Below are positions 28,273-37,183 of a stretch of 64,000 bases of DNA, in pieces; within the stretch, counting starts at the first letter, position 1; every line of letters starts with the position of its first letter. Source of the stretch: a bacterium (lineage in GTDB: Bacteria > Krumholzibacteriota > Krumholzibacteriia > LZORAL124-64-63). The position numbers and the translations under genes were made by a program. Where the stretch lies: assembly GCA_024231905.1 (NCBI GenBank), contig JAAEQC010000102.1, positions 80,033 to 144,032 of the forward strand, in the 5' to 3' direction. Under the pieces are notes generated by a model that saw only the letters and a program-made list of their open reading frames with translations, was not told the origin of the DNA and did not search any database.

Positions 28273-31200
28273 CTATTTGACGAGGGTCATTTTGCGGGTG
28301 ACGATGTGGTCGTCGGCGGCCACCCGGCAGTAGTAGATGCCGCTCGCCATCCTGCGGCCTGAGCTGTCGGAGCCGTCCCACATCACCGTATGGGTGGCCG
28401 CCGGCAGGTCCTCGTTCAGCAGTTCCCGCACCAGGCGTCCGGCCACGTCGTAGATCCGCACGCTCACCTGGCTGTCGCGGGGGATATCGAACCTGATGGT
28501 GGTCGCCGGGTTGAACGGGTTCGGGAAGTTCTGGTAGGCACGGAAAGCCAGCGGCGCGCCCTGATCCCCCACACCGGAGATGCCGCCGGACCCGTAGGTG
28601 AACCGCAGACACCATTCGTCGAAGGTGCCGGTATCGCCGCCGGCGCCGTCGGCCACCGTAAGAGTCCATGTGCCGTCCAGGCCCAGGCCGATGAGGGCGT
28701 CGAGGCTCTCGGCGGGGGTAAGCTCGCCGGGATACCACCCGTAGATGTTGTCGGTGCTCGAGCCGGTCCGGTTGTGAAGGATGACCGAGGCCTTGTCCGG
28801 CGAGGTCAGCGTGACCGTGAGATCGCCCTGGAAGGTGTGGCTGATATCGAGGAAGACCTCGATCCCGCTGATCGTCAACGCCGGGCCGACCGCCACATCC
28901 ACTGTGGCGACGGCGGTCTGATTGTCGTTGATCGGCAGGTCCGGCTTGTCCCAGAAATCGCTCACCACCGTCGGCACGAGCGTCATGTCGATGCCCGTCA
29001 GGTGCTGGCCCGAGGTGGGTTCCACGGGCACGGTGCCCACGCTCCATTCCTCCTTCTCGGCGACGATGGTGTAGGGACCGGCGTACAGGCCGTCCAGCAG
29101 GTAGGTGCCGTCGGTGCCGGTCGTCGCGCTGGGACCGTTGGGCAGCGCACGCACTGTTATGCCCGAGTGGTCGGCCTGGCCGTGGAGGGTCACTGTACCG
29201 GAGACGGTGCAATCGCCCGCCTCAGGGGTGAGCAGCCAGGTCACGGCGTTCTCCAGCAGGTCGGCGCGCTCGGTTCCCGCCACCGCGTAGTTGAAGCAGA
29301 AGTAGACGACTTGACCGCCCTCGGGGGCCGGGTTGGGATCGTAGGCGATGACGCTGGCGTCGCTGGGGTAAGAGGTCCAGGACGCCACCATCTCGGCGTC
29401 CGGCAGCGGCGCCATGGCGTCGTTGTCGGCGTAGGCGGTGCCGCCGCCGGTGATGGTCGAGTTCGCCAGGTTGTTGGGATGTGTGGCCACGTAGTGCGAC
29501 GTGACGCCTATGGAGATGTCGCCGCTGAGGTCATGATTCCAGTCCGTCGTGTGCAAGACGTCGGTGGCGAAGGCGCCCGAGCTCTGCTGGTCGTAGCCCA
29601 GTTCGCCGCCTTCCAGCAGGATATGGCCGCCGGCCTGGACGAATATCACCAGGCCGTCCCTGAGCGCCGTGTTGGCCAGGGTGGTGGAGTTGTTGCCGCA
29701 ACCGAGGACGACCAGGTCGTAGTTCCAGAACGTGGCCGGATCCACCGCGCCCGCGTCCACGACCGTGACGCCGTAGCCGAGTGCCTCGAGATCGGCGACG
29801 AGTTCCGCCACGCTCTTGGCGCCGTCAGGTTGGTAGCCCTCCGCCAACAGTTCGCCCTTTTCCGTGAATTTAGGCTCCGCCGCCGCCGCGACACTGTCGT
29901 CGATGACCAGCATGTCGCCTGCCGTGGGGGCGAGAGCCCAGTCCCTCGCTACTGTGGGGCCGTCGACGACGACCGGCTCGTTGGCGGGGACGTGATGCCA
30001 GGCCCGCACGACCACGTCGTAGGTGAAGTAGGGCAGGTCGCCGGTGGTGTACAGCCCGTCTGCGCCGCAGGTGACCTCGTCGTAGAGTTCGCCCGTGTCC
30101 GATCGGAAGACCCGGACCGTCGCCGTCAGCGGTTCCATGGTCACGCTGTCGTAGGCCTGGCCCTGGAGTACGCCTGCGGGCGCCGGGTCGAGAGCGAGGT
30201 CGAAGGTGTTGGCGCCGTAGTTGACTAAAACGACCTGCTCCAGGTGCAGGTAGCCGAAGCGGTCGGCCTCGAGGGTGTAATCGGCCACCAGCACGTCCTC
30301 CGGACCGGAGTAGTCGCCCTGGGCGTCGGTGACGACGCTGAACACCACGTCGTCCTTGACGAGGTTCACCACCACACCGGCTACCGGCGTGCCGCCGGAC
30401 GTGACCTTTCCGGCCACGGTGCCGTAGGCCTCGATCACGTCGAAGACCTCGCTGTGGATGTCGTGACCGGCCAGGGCGATCATGCTGGTGACCTGGCCCG
30501 GCCCGGCGGCGGTTACGGTGAGTTGGTCGCCGACCACGCTGTGCAGCGAACCGTCGGGCATCCGCGCGTAGAGCGTGGAGCCGGCCTGGTCGCAACTCGC
30601 GTGCAGCGTGCCGGGCAGGTTCAACGGGAACATGTCGTTCAAGCCGATGTCCGTGGTCACCGCCAGGTCCGGATTGCCCAGGGGCAGGGCGTTGACCGCG
30701 ATGGTCTCGGTGAACAGACGGTAGGTGTCGGCGGGGTCTCGGCCCACGATGTCGAGGCTGGGGCCGTACGGATAGTTCACCGTGATCACGGCGACGCCGC
30801 CGGCGTCGGTGGCGATGGGAGTCGTCGCGTAGTCGAGGCCCTCGGCCCAGATGTCGACGCCGGGCTTGGGCGTGACGCCGTCCTCCGCCATGACGGTCAC
30901 GGTGATGCCGGTTTCGACGCCGGCGTCGATGACCGTCGGGTCGATGGTCACCACCGCCGGCACGATCACGTTCAACTCGGCGATCACGGGCTCGCGGGAG
31001 GAGACCATGGCCACCATCTTCAGCGGCACGCCGGGCGTGAGGATCGATTCGAAGACGATCTCGCCGGTCCCATCCTGGCCGATAAGGCCGGTTCCCACCA
31101 GCACGCCGTCCTGGGTGCAGCCGACGTAGGTGCCCCACTGGCCGGTCACGGCCATGGAAGTTGAGCCCACGAAGACGGTCTCCGGGTAGGTCATCTCGTT

Positions 31201-33021
31201 GGCAGCGGGACGGCCCTGGTAGGTGGCGATGGAAGGGTCGCCCAGCAGGTTGTAGATGTTCCAGTAGTACTCCTCGTTGCTCGAGGCGGCCTCCGAGACA
31301 CTCAGGTTGCCGCGGAAGACCACGGCGCCGTTGGTGACGTACCACATGGTGGGGTCGGCCACTTCGTTGGCCCCCTCGTGGAAGAGGGCGTCGTACACAC
31401 CGCTGCCGGTCTCCGCGTAGGTCATGCCGTCGCGGATCGACGCGCCGGGGAGCGCGCCCACCGACCACCACACATCCTCGTCCCAGAGTGTGTTGTTGGA
31501 ACCGCCGATGTAGCCGATGGCGCCCTTGTTCGCGGCGCGCAGGAAGGTCTCGCCGAAGCACTCGGCGGCGTCGTAGGTGGCGGACTGGCAGCAGTTGCCG
31601 ATGGCCAGGAAGTACTTGCCGTCGTTGGTCAGGCCGTTGACGTCGCTCTGCGTCATTGTCGGGTCGGCCCAGCTCGTGACGCTGCCGTGGGCGGTGTAGT
31701 TGACGAAGCCGACGCCGTTCGAACAGTCGGCGATGATGGCCGCCTCGCTGCTGCCGCTCGCTGGGTAGTAGTAGGTGTTGGCGGTGATGCCGTGCGCCGG
31801 GTTGTAGTAGTAGTCCTGGCCGTAACGGATGGTGCCGTTGCCGTGGGTGGGACCGAACGTGCCGTCGACGCCGGCGATCAGGGTCACGTTCTCCATGTAG
31901 GACGGGTCGGGCATGCTGAAGCTGTCGTACATCAGGGTCTTGTCGATGATCCCCTGCAGCATGGCCGTGTCGGTAGCAGAAAGGCGGCCGTAGTACATCT
32001 CGGGGAACAGGTCACCGGTGGTCTCGCAGTAGGGACGGTCGGATGCCCCGTCGGACGTGGTCCAGGTGGGGCACTGGTCGACGTCACCCACGAAGAGCAC
32101 GAAGCTGGGCGCCGGATCCTCGGGGGTCGCTGCGTTGTAGAGATCGTGCAGGTAGGTCTGGATGGAGGCCGTCGTGGAGCCCACCTCAGGCGAGCCGATC
32201 ACACCGGTGATCACGGTGAAGCCGCGCTCGGTCTTCCAGGCGATGAAGTCGTCGAGCTGGGCCTGGAACCCGGACGGCGTGACGATGACCATCTTGACCG
32301 GCTGCCGCACGAGATCCGCCTTGAGCGCCGGGATGTGCACGCCGTCGATCATCCCGTAGACCGAGGCGAAGAACGGGCTCCGGGTGGCGGCCTGCAGATG
32401 TTCGGTCTCCGCCCAGCCCTGGTCGAAGACCACCTCCAGGTCGAAGCTCTCGACGATCTCCAGCTCGCCGCTCTGCGGCAGGTACCGTACCGGGGCGATC
32501 TCCAGGCGCGCCAGGTCCGCGGCGCGCATGCGGCCGAGGTATTCAACGATGACCAGCTCGCGCTCCACGCGCGCCTGGGCGTAGGCGGCGGTGTCGTAGG
32601 CGAAGGGTACGTCCTCGGGCTTCTGGCTCTTGCTCAGCGAGGGCTGGTGCGGGAAGAGCGGGTTGGTGAGGCCGTGATCGGCGAGGCGCACCGTGCGGGT
32701 CCGCAGGTTCGTGATCGTGATGCCGGCCTTGCCGCCGGCGGGCAGCGCGATGAGGCGATTCATCTGCGGCAACTCGGGCGCGCCCTCGGTCATGGAGCCG
32801 TGGAACCCGGGAATGATCAACCGGGTGAATTCGCCTCCCCGGGTATCGACGGTCAGGGCTTCGAGCCGGCCGACCTCCACGCGGTAGGTCAGCGCATCGC
32901 TCTTCTGCTCGAGCAGCGTCAGTTGCGGCTGACCTCCCTCGAGCGTGAGCGTGGTGGCGGCCATGGCGCTCGCCGCGGTGATGAGGATCAAAACGGAGGT
33001 CGTCAGCATACTCAGGCGCAT
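28273..33021 (-). CDS. Giant secreted C25-family (gingipain-like) cysteine peptidase (about 1582 aa) with P-domain and T9SS C-terminal sorting domain
   Basis: Signal peptide. C25 catalytic-domain pattern (YTAHGSVTSW His region; LAIGNCCQSATYD Cys region). FQGDLTVTLTSPDK (proprotein-convertase P-domain-like). The last ~80 aa (…NFPNPFNPATTIRFDIPRDSQVSVRIYDVAGRLVREL…RKMTLVK) match the Por/T9SS type-A CTD. Start ATG at 33021 after GAAGGGA. Confidence 0.8.
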   Translation of the reverse strand: MRLSMLTTSVLILITAASAMAATTLTLEGGQPQLTLLEQKSDALTYRVEVGRLEALTVDTRGGEFTRLIIPGFHGSMTEGAPELPQMNRLIALPAGGKAGITITNLRTRTVRLADHGLTNPLFPHQPSLSKSQKPEDVPFAYDTAAYAQARVERELVIVEYLGRMRAADLARLEIAPVRYLPQSGELEIVESFDLEVVFDQGWAETEHLQAATRSPFFASVYGMIDGVHIPALKADLVRQPVKMVIVTPSGFQAQLDDFIAWKTERGFTVITGVIGSPEVGSTTASIQTYLHDLYNAATPEDPAPSFVLFVGDVDQCPTWTTSDGASDRPYCETTGDLFPEMYYGRLSATDTAMLQGIIDKTLMYDSFSMPDPSYMENVTLIAGVDGTFGPTHGNGTIRYGQDYYYNPAHGITANTYYYPASGSSEAAIIADCSNGVGFVNYTAHGSVTSWADPTMTQSDVNGLTNDGKYFLAIGNCCQSATYDAAECFGETFLRAANKGAIGYIGGSNNTLWDEDVWWSVGALPGASIRDGMTYAETGSGVYDALFHEGANEVADPTMWYVTNGAVVFRGNLSVSEAASSNEEYYWNIYNLLGDPSIATYQGRPAANEMTYPETVFVGSTSMAVTGQWGTYVGCTQDGVLVGTGLIGQDGTGEIVFESILTPGVPLKMVAMVSSREPVIAELNVIVPAVVTIDPTVIDAGVETGITVTVMAEDGVTPKPGVDIWAEGLDYATTPIATDAGGVAVITVNYPYGPSLDIVGRDPADTYRLFTETIAVNALPLGNPDLAVTTDIGLNDMFPLNLPGTLHASCDQAGSTLYARMPDGSLHSVVGDQLTVTAAGPGQVTSMIALAGHDIHSEVFDVIEAYGTVAGKVTSGGTPVAGVVVNLVKDDVVFSVVTDAQGDYSGPEDVLVADYTLEADRFGYLHLEQVVLVNYGANTFDLALDPAPAGVLQGQAYDSVTMEPLTATVRVFRSDTGELYDEVTCGADGLYTTGDLPYFTYDVVVRAWHHVPANEPVVVDGPTVARDWALAPTAGDMLVIDDSVAAAAEPKFTEKGELLAEGYQPDGAKSVAELVADLEALGYGVTVVDAGAVDPATFWNYDLVVLGCGNNSTTLANTALRDGLVIFVQAGGHILLEGGELGYDQQSSGAFATDVLHTTDWNHDLSGDISIGVTSHYVATHPNNLANSTITGGGTAYADNDAMAPLPDAEMVASWTSYPSDASVIAYDPNPAPEGGQVVYFCFNYAVAGTERADLLENAVTWLLTPEAGDCTVSGTVTLHGQADHSGITVRALPNGPSATTGTDGTYLLDGLYAGPYTIVAEKEEWSVGTVPVEPTSGQHLTGIDMTLVPTVVSDFWDKPDLPINDNQTAVATVDVAVGPALTISGIEVFLDISHTFQGDLTVTLTSPDKASVILHNRTGSSTDNIYGWYPGELTPAESLDALIGLGLDGTWTLTVADGAGGDTGTFDEWCLRFTYGSGGISGVGDQGAPLAFRAYQNFPNPFNPATTIRFDIPRDSQVSVRIYDVAGRLVRELLNEDLPAATHTVMWDGSDSSGRRMASGIYYCRVAADDHIVTRKMTLVK

Positions 33022-33446
33022 GGTCGGGGTCCCTTCGTTCGGCATATCGGATGATCCGATTCGGCGGTCTGTGGAAGCGAAGAGATTGTGCGCCGCGAAT
33101 CGCGAGGCATCATATCACGGTTGGGTATTCCGGATCGAAGCCCGTCCTGCGCGCTCCGGCGTTACGAAACGTTCTCCGATCGGGTGGTTTCGAGACTTCG
33201 GTGGTGAACTTATTGGTTGTCATTGAACTAGACAAGACCAGTCCTGGATTGTGTGACGATTCGCGGAGAGGGGTGATCTCTGAAGTCGAAAGGGAGGCTC
33301 GCCGTGCCCGGAAAGGCCGGCCGACTCGACTCGTCAATGGCGGTCCGGATTCGGTCCGAGGGGCGGATTTTCCATCGTACCGATAGGTGTTGGGTGCTTC
33401 CTGGTACCTGCAGAGCGTTGCTCCGGAACGCGGTGAAGGCGAAGGA

Positions 33447-33472
33447 GCCGGGACGCAGATCCCGGCTCCAAT
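33447..33472 (-). terminator. Hairpin downstream of leuCD (minus strand)
   Basis: ggagccggga-cgcaga-tcccggctcc, a 10-bp stem about 25 nt after the stop. Confidence 0.35.
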
Positions 33473-33496
33473 TCCCAAGGCCTAAATGCCGACAGG

Positions 33497-35293
33497 CTAC
33501 CCCGCCAGCAATCCACCCCTCCTGTAGATCTCCAACTGCACCTTGCTCGCCGGCGTGATCGTCGTCCCGCCGCCGTCCCAATGCACCTTGCCGGTCTCCA
33601 GGTCGAGTTCGATCTCCTGACCGTTCTCCAGTTCCGCTGCCAGCAGATCACCTGCGAGCACAGGCAGCCCCGCGTTGATGGCGTTGCGCTCGTAGATGGC
33701 GCCGTAGCTGCGGGCTACCAGGGCGGTCACGCCCAGGCTGGAGAAGCAGTCCACGGCCTGTTGCCGCGAGGATCCGCAACCGAAGTTGCTGCCGGTGACG
33801 ACCAAGTCGCCGGGCTGGACCTTGGCCGGGAAGTCCTCCCAGCCGGGCAGATTGCCGAAGGCGTGCTGGCCCATCTCGGCTGGGTCGGTGATGGCCAGGT
33901 GGCGGTTGTGGAAAATCATGTCCGTGTCGATGTTCTCCTCGTTCACCAGCCAGACACGGCCCTTGAGTACGGTGGGCTTGTCACCTGCCGCTGCGGCTGT
34001 GGGTGCCGCCGTGTCCACCGTGGCGGTCGGCGCGGTCTTGGCCACCGGCTCGGGAATATCGTCTGCCCGGGCCAGGACACCGCAGAGCGCCGTGGCCGCG
34101 CAGGTGGCCGGGCTGGCCAGGTAGACCTCGCCCTTGCCCTGCTTGCCCGCGAAGTTGCGATTGCCGCTGGAGACGGTCACCTCGCCGGGACCGTTCTGGC
34201 CGATCTGTCCGGCCGCGCAGCCGCCGCAGCCCGCGTTGCCGATCAGCGCGCCCGCGTCGATGAGCGTCTGCACCAGCCCCTCGGCCAGGGCCGCTTCCCA
34301 CACCTTCCGCGTGGAGGGGACGATCTTCAGGACCACGCCCGGGGCCACGCGCTTGCCCGCCAGGATGCCGGCGGCGGTGCGCAGGTCTTCCAGGCGACCG
34401 TTGGTGCAGCTGCCGATGAAGACCGAGTCCACGGATCGGCCGGCCACTTCGGAAACCGGGACCACGTCCTCGGGATGTCCGGGCCGGGCTACCATGGGCT
34501 CCAGGCCGTCGATGTCGATCTCGATGGTTTCCACGTAGGCCGCGTCCAGGTCGGCGGCGATGGGGGCGAAGTCCTGGCCGCCGGCCCGGCGACAGAATTC
34601 CAGCACCTTCTCGTTGGGCGTGAACAGCATGATGATGGCGCCCATTTCCGTGCCCATGCTGGCAATGGTCACGCGGTCGGGTACGTCCAGGTCGTCTACC
34701 ACGTCGCCGTAGATCTCGGCGGCGCAGCCCAACAGGCCGCTGGCGCCGAGCTGGCTGGCCATGGCCAGGACGATGTCCTTGGCCGTAGCCGTCGGCGACG
34801 GCTTGCCCGTCAGGATGACCTTCTTGGAGGGCGGGACCTTGAACCACACCTTGCCGTGGGCCCAGGCGGCGGCGATGTCCTGGTCGCCCATGCCCTGGCC
34901 GAAGGCACCCACGGCACCCATGATGTTGGCATGGCTGTCGGTGGAGACGAAGGTGCTGCCCGGGCCTACGAGCCCGTCCTCGATGGCGATGTGGGTGCCG
35001 ATGCCCTGGTCGATGTCACGCAGGGCGACGCCGGTCTCGCGGGCGAAAGTCCGGCAGATCTGCTGGTTCGCCGCGTAGCCCTGGTCGCTGCCGCCCGGGT
35101 TGCAGTCGAAGGTGAATACGGTCCGCGCCGGATCGGCCACGGGCAGGCCCGCCTTGCGCAGGTTCTGGACCACGTTGGCGCCGCCGAAGTCACGGGCGGC
35201 GCGCACGTCGATGGCCACGTCGACGATCTCGCCGGGAACGGCGGGTTGGTCGCTGTGCTGGCCGATGATCTTCTCGATGAGGGTCTGTCCCAC
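33497..35293 (-). CDS. leuCD: Fused 3-isopropylmalate dehydratase large+small subunit (aconitase-family LeuC-LeuD fusion)
   Basis: LeuC blocks (GSCTNGR, GCGGCAAGQ..) joined by a Pro/Ala/Thr linker to a LeuD-like swivel domain (GSNFGCGSSRQ). GTG start after GAGGAGGA. Confidence 0.8.
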   Translation of the reverse strand: MGQTLIEKIIGQHSDQPAVPGEIVDVAIDVRAARDFGGANVVQNLRKAGLPVADPARTVFTFDCNPGGSDQGYAANQQICRTFARETGVALRDIDQGIGTHIAIEDGLVGPGSTFVSTDSHANIMGAVGAFGQGMGDQDIAAAWAHGKVWFKVPPSKKVILTGKPSPTATAKDIVLAMASQLGASGLLGCAAEIYGDVVDDLDVPDRVTIASMGTEMGAIIMLFTPNEKVLEFCRRAGGQDFAPIAADLDAAYVETIEIDIDGLEPMVARPGHPEDVVPVSEVAGRSVDSVFIGSCTNGRLEDLRTAAGILAGKRVAPGVVLKIVPSTRKVWEAALAEGLVQTLIDAGALIGNAGCGGCAAGQIGQNGPGEVTVSSGNRNFAGKQGKGEVYLASPATCAATALCGVLARADDIPEPVAKTAPTATVDTAAPTAAAAGDKPTVLKGRVWLVNEENIDTDMIFHNRHLAITDPAEMGQHAFGNLPGWEDFPAKVQPGDLVVTGSNFGCGSSRQQAVDCFSSLGVTALVARSYGAIYERNAINAGLPVLAGDLLAAELENGQEIELDLETGKVHWDGGGTTITPASKVQLEIYRRGGLLAG

Positions 35294-35294
35294 G

Positions 35295-36101
35295 TCAATC
35301 CTCCTCGGGCTGGGTGGGTGCTTCGAGCACCGGTTCACGGCCTTCCCGCCAGGCTCGCAGGCCCTCTGCGGTCTCCAGGGAGGACCAGCACTGCTGCTGG
35401 GTTTCCCACTCGTAGGCCAACATGTTGGTCATGTCGAACTGCTGATTCTGCTGCACGCCGAGCTTGGTCAGGCGCACGGCGGGCTGGGGGAGGGAGCGCA
35501 GGCGGTCGACGACCGTGTCGAGTTCTTCCTCGTACATGTCCTCGTCCAGGAGCCGGTCCACCAGGCCCAGTTGCCAGGCTTCGGCCGCTCCCACCGTGCG
35601 GCCGGACCATAGGAATTCCAGGGCGCGTCCCTGGCCCAGGAGGCCGGGCAGGGTGTGCAGCAATCCCCAGCCGGGGATCAGGCCCGCCTGCATGCTCGCG
35701 GCGGTGAAGCTGGCGGACTTGGCGGCCAGGTGCACGTCGGCGGCCAGGTAGAAGCCCAGCCCCGAGTCGCGGACATCGCCCCGGGTGGCAGCCACCACAG
35801 GTTTGGGGCATTCGCGGATGACGGTGATGATGCGGCCGCTGATCTCGTCGTCGGCGGCCAGGGTATCGAAACCGCCACCTTGGGGCTGGGCGTCGGCCAG
35901 CCCGTCCAGGTGGTGGTGCAGTTCGAAGCTGTGGTCGCCGTCGGTGAGAAGGACCACGCGCACGGCGTTATCCTCCTGTAGGCGGAGCATGAGGTCGACG
36001 AACTCGTCGCACAACTCGCCCAGGTCCGGGGCGCCGGGGCCGATCAGGCGCAGGCGCGCCCTTCCGTCGGCGATCTCACAGTCGAAGTTCCGGTACTCCA
36101 T
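35295..36101 (-). CDS. Enoyl-CoA hydratase/isomerase (crotonase) family protein
   Basis: Crotonase-fold oxyanion region (VVAATRGDVRDSGLGFYLAADVHLA...LIPGWG). RBS GGAGGGA. Start overlaps leuCD. Confidence 0.7.
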   Translation of the reverse strand: MEYRNFDCEIADGRARLRLIGPGAPDLGELCDEFVDLMLRLQEDNAVRVVLLTDGDHSFELHHHLDGLADAQPQGGGFDTLAADDEISGRIITVIRECPKPVVAATRGDVRDSGLGFYLAADVHLAAKSASFTAASMQAGLIPGWGLLHTLPGLLGQGRALEFLWSGRTVGAAEAWQLGLVDRLLDEDMYEEELDTVVDRLRSLPQPAVRLTKLGVQQNQQFDMTNMLAYEWETQQQCWSSLETAEGLRAWREGREPVLEAPTQPEED

Positions 36102-36265
36102 GGACGGTCCCTCCGGGGCCGGGGTCGTGTGCTGTGCCATACGCCCAAAATACGCGCGGAAGCGTCCTTGTCCAATGCTCCCGTGGACACTCGCCGTCCC
36201 GTGGGATAGGTTCCGATGAACCCCTGCGCCGCGCCGCTCCGTGCGGCGGGAAAGGACACCCCGAC

Positions 36266-37177
36266 TTGCGCGTCTTTCTGACCGGAGCCACGGGCCTGGT
36301 GGGTCGGCATTTGGCAGCCCGTCTGGTGGAGTTGGGCCGCGAGGTGGTGTGCGTGAGCCGCGATCCGGGCGCCGCCCGCGCGGTCTTGCCCGAGGGCGTG
36401 GAAATCGTCGGCGCCGATCCGGTCCTGCCCGGCTCCTGGCAGGATCGCCTGGCCGGCTGCGACGCTGTGGTGAACCTGGCGGGGGAGTCCGTGGCCGAGG
36501 GCCGGTGGTCCCGGGCCAAGAAACGCCGTCTGCGCCGGTCCCGCCTGCGCACCACCGAGCACGTGGCCCGGGCCATGGCCGGGGCGGACCGCCCCATGAC
36601 CCTGATCAACGCCTCGGCCACGGGTTACTACGGCGACGCCGGTGACAGGGCCCTGGCCGAGGACGCCCAGCCGGGCCAGGACTTCCTGGCCCGCCTGGCT
36701 GTGGAATGGGAGCACACGGCCCTGGAGGCCGAGCGCGAAGGCGTGCGGATCGTACTCCTGCGCATCGGCGTGGTCCTGGCCCGCGAGGGGGGCGCCCTGC
36801 CGGCCCTGCTGAAGCCCTTCCGCTCCGGTTTCGGCGGCTCGCTGGGCAACGGTCGCCAGTACTTTCCCTGGATCCACATCGAGGACCTGGTGCGGGTCAT
36901 CCTTTTTGCCCTGGATCGCGACGATCTGGCCGGCCCGGTGAACGCCGTGGTACCCGCGCCGCCCACCCAGGGAGAATTCGCCCGGGCCCTGGCCGCGGCG
37001 GTGGACAAACCGGCCCGCTGGCCGGCGCCGGGTTTCGTGCTGCGTCTGTTGCTGGGGGAGAAGGCGGCCATGCTGCTGGCCAGCCAGCGAGCTGTGCCCG
37101 CGGCGCTCAGGGCGCTGGAATTCAAGTTCAGCTACCAGGAATTGGACGCGGCCCTGGCCGACCTGATCGAGCCCTGA
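36266..37177 (+). CDS. TIGR01777 (YfcH-like) NAD-dependent epimerase/dehydratase family protein
   Basis: VFLTGATGLVGRHL Rossmann motif and a C-terminal DUF1731-like region. TTG start after GGAAAGGA is assumed. Confidence 0.65.
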   Translation: MRVFLTGATGLVGRHLAARLVELGREVVCVSRDPGAARAVLPEGVEIVGADPVLPGSWQDRLAGCDAVVNLAGESVAEGRWSRAKKRRLRRSRLRTTEHVARAMAGADRPMTLINASATGYYGDAGDRALAEDAQPGQDFLARLAVEWEHTALEAEREGVRIVLLRIGVVLAREGGALPALLKPFRSGFGGSLGNGRQYFPWIHIEDLVRVILFALDRDDLAGPVNAVVPAPPTQGEFARALAAAVDKPARWPAPGFVLRLLLGEKAAMLLASQRAVPAALRALEFKFSYQELDAALADLIEP

Positions 37178-37183
37178 CCCCGT

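Noticed and set aside
33051-33386. 111-aa plus-strand ORF and overlapping minus ORFs (33110-33478, 33228-33581) in the 450-bp gap upstream of the C25 protease gene.
   Set aside because: No RBS and low-complexity or basic composition. The region reads better as a non-coding leader with locally reduced GC and palindromic sites.
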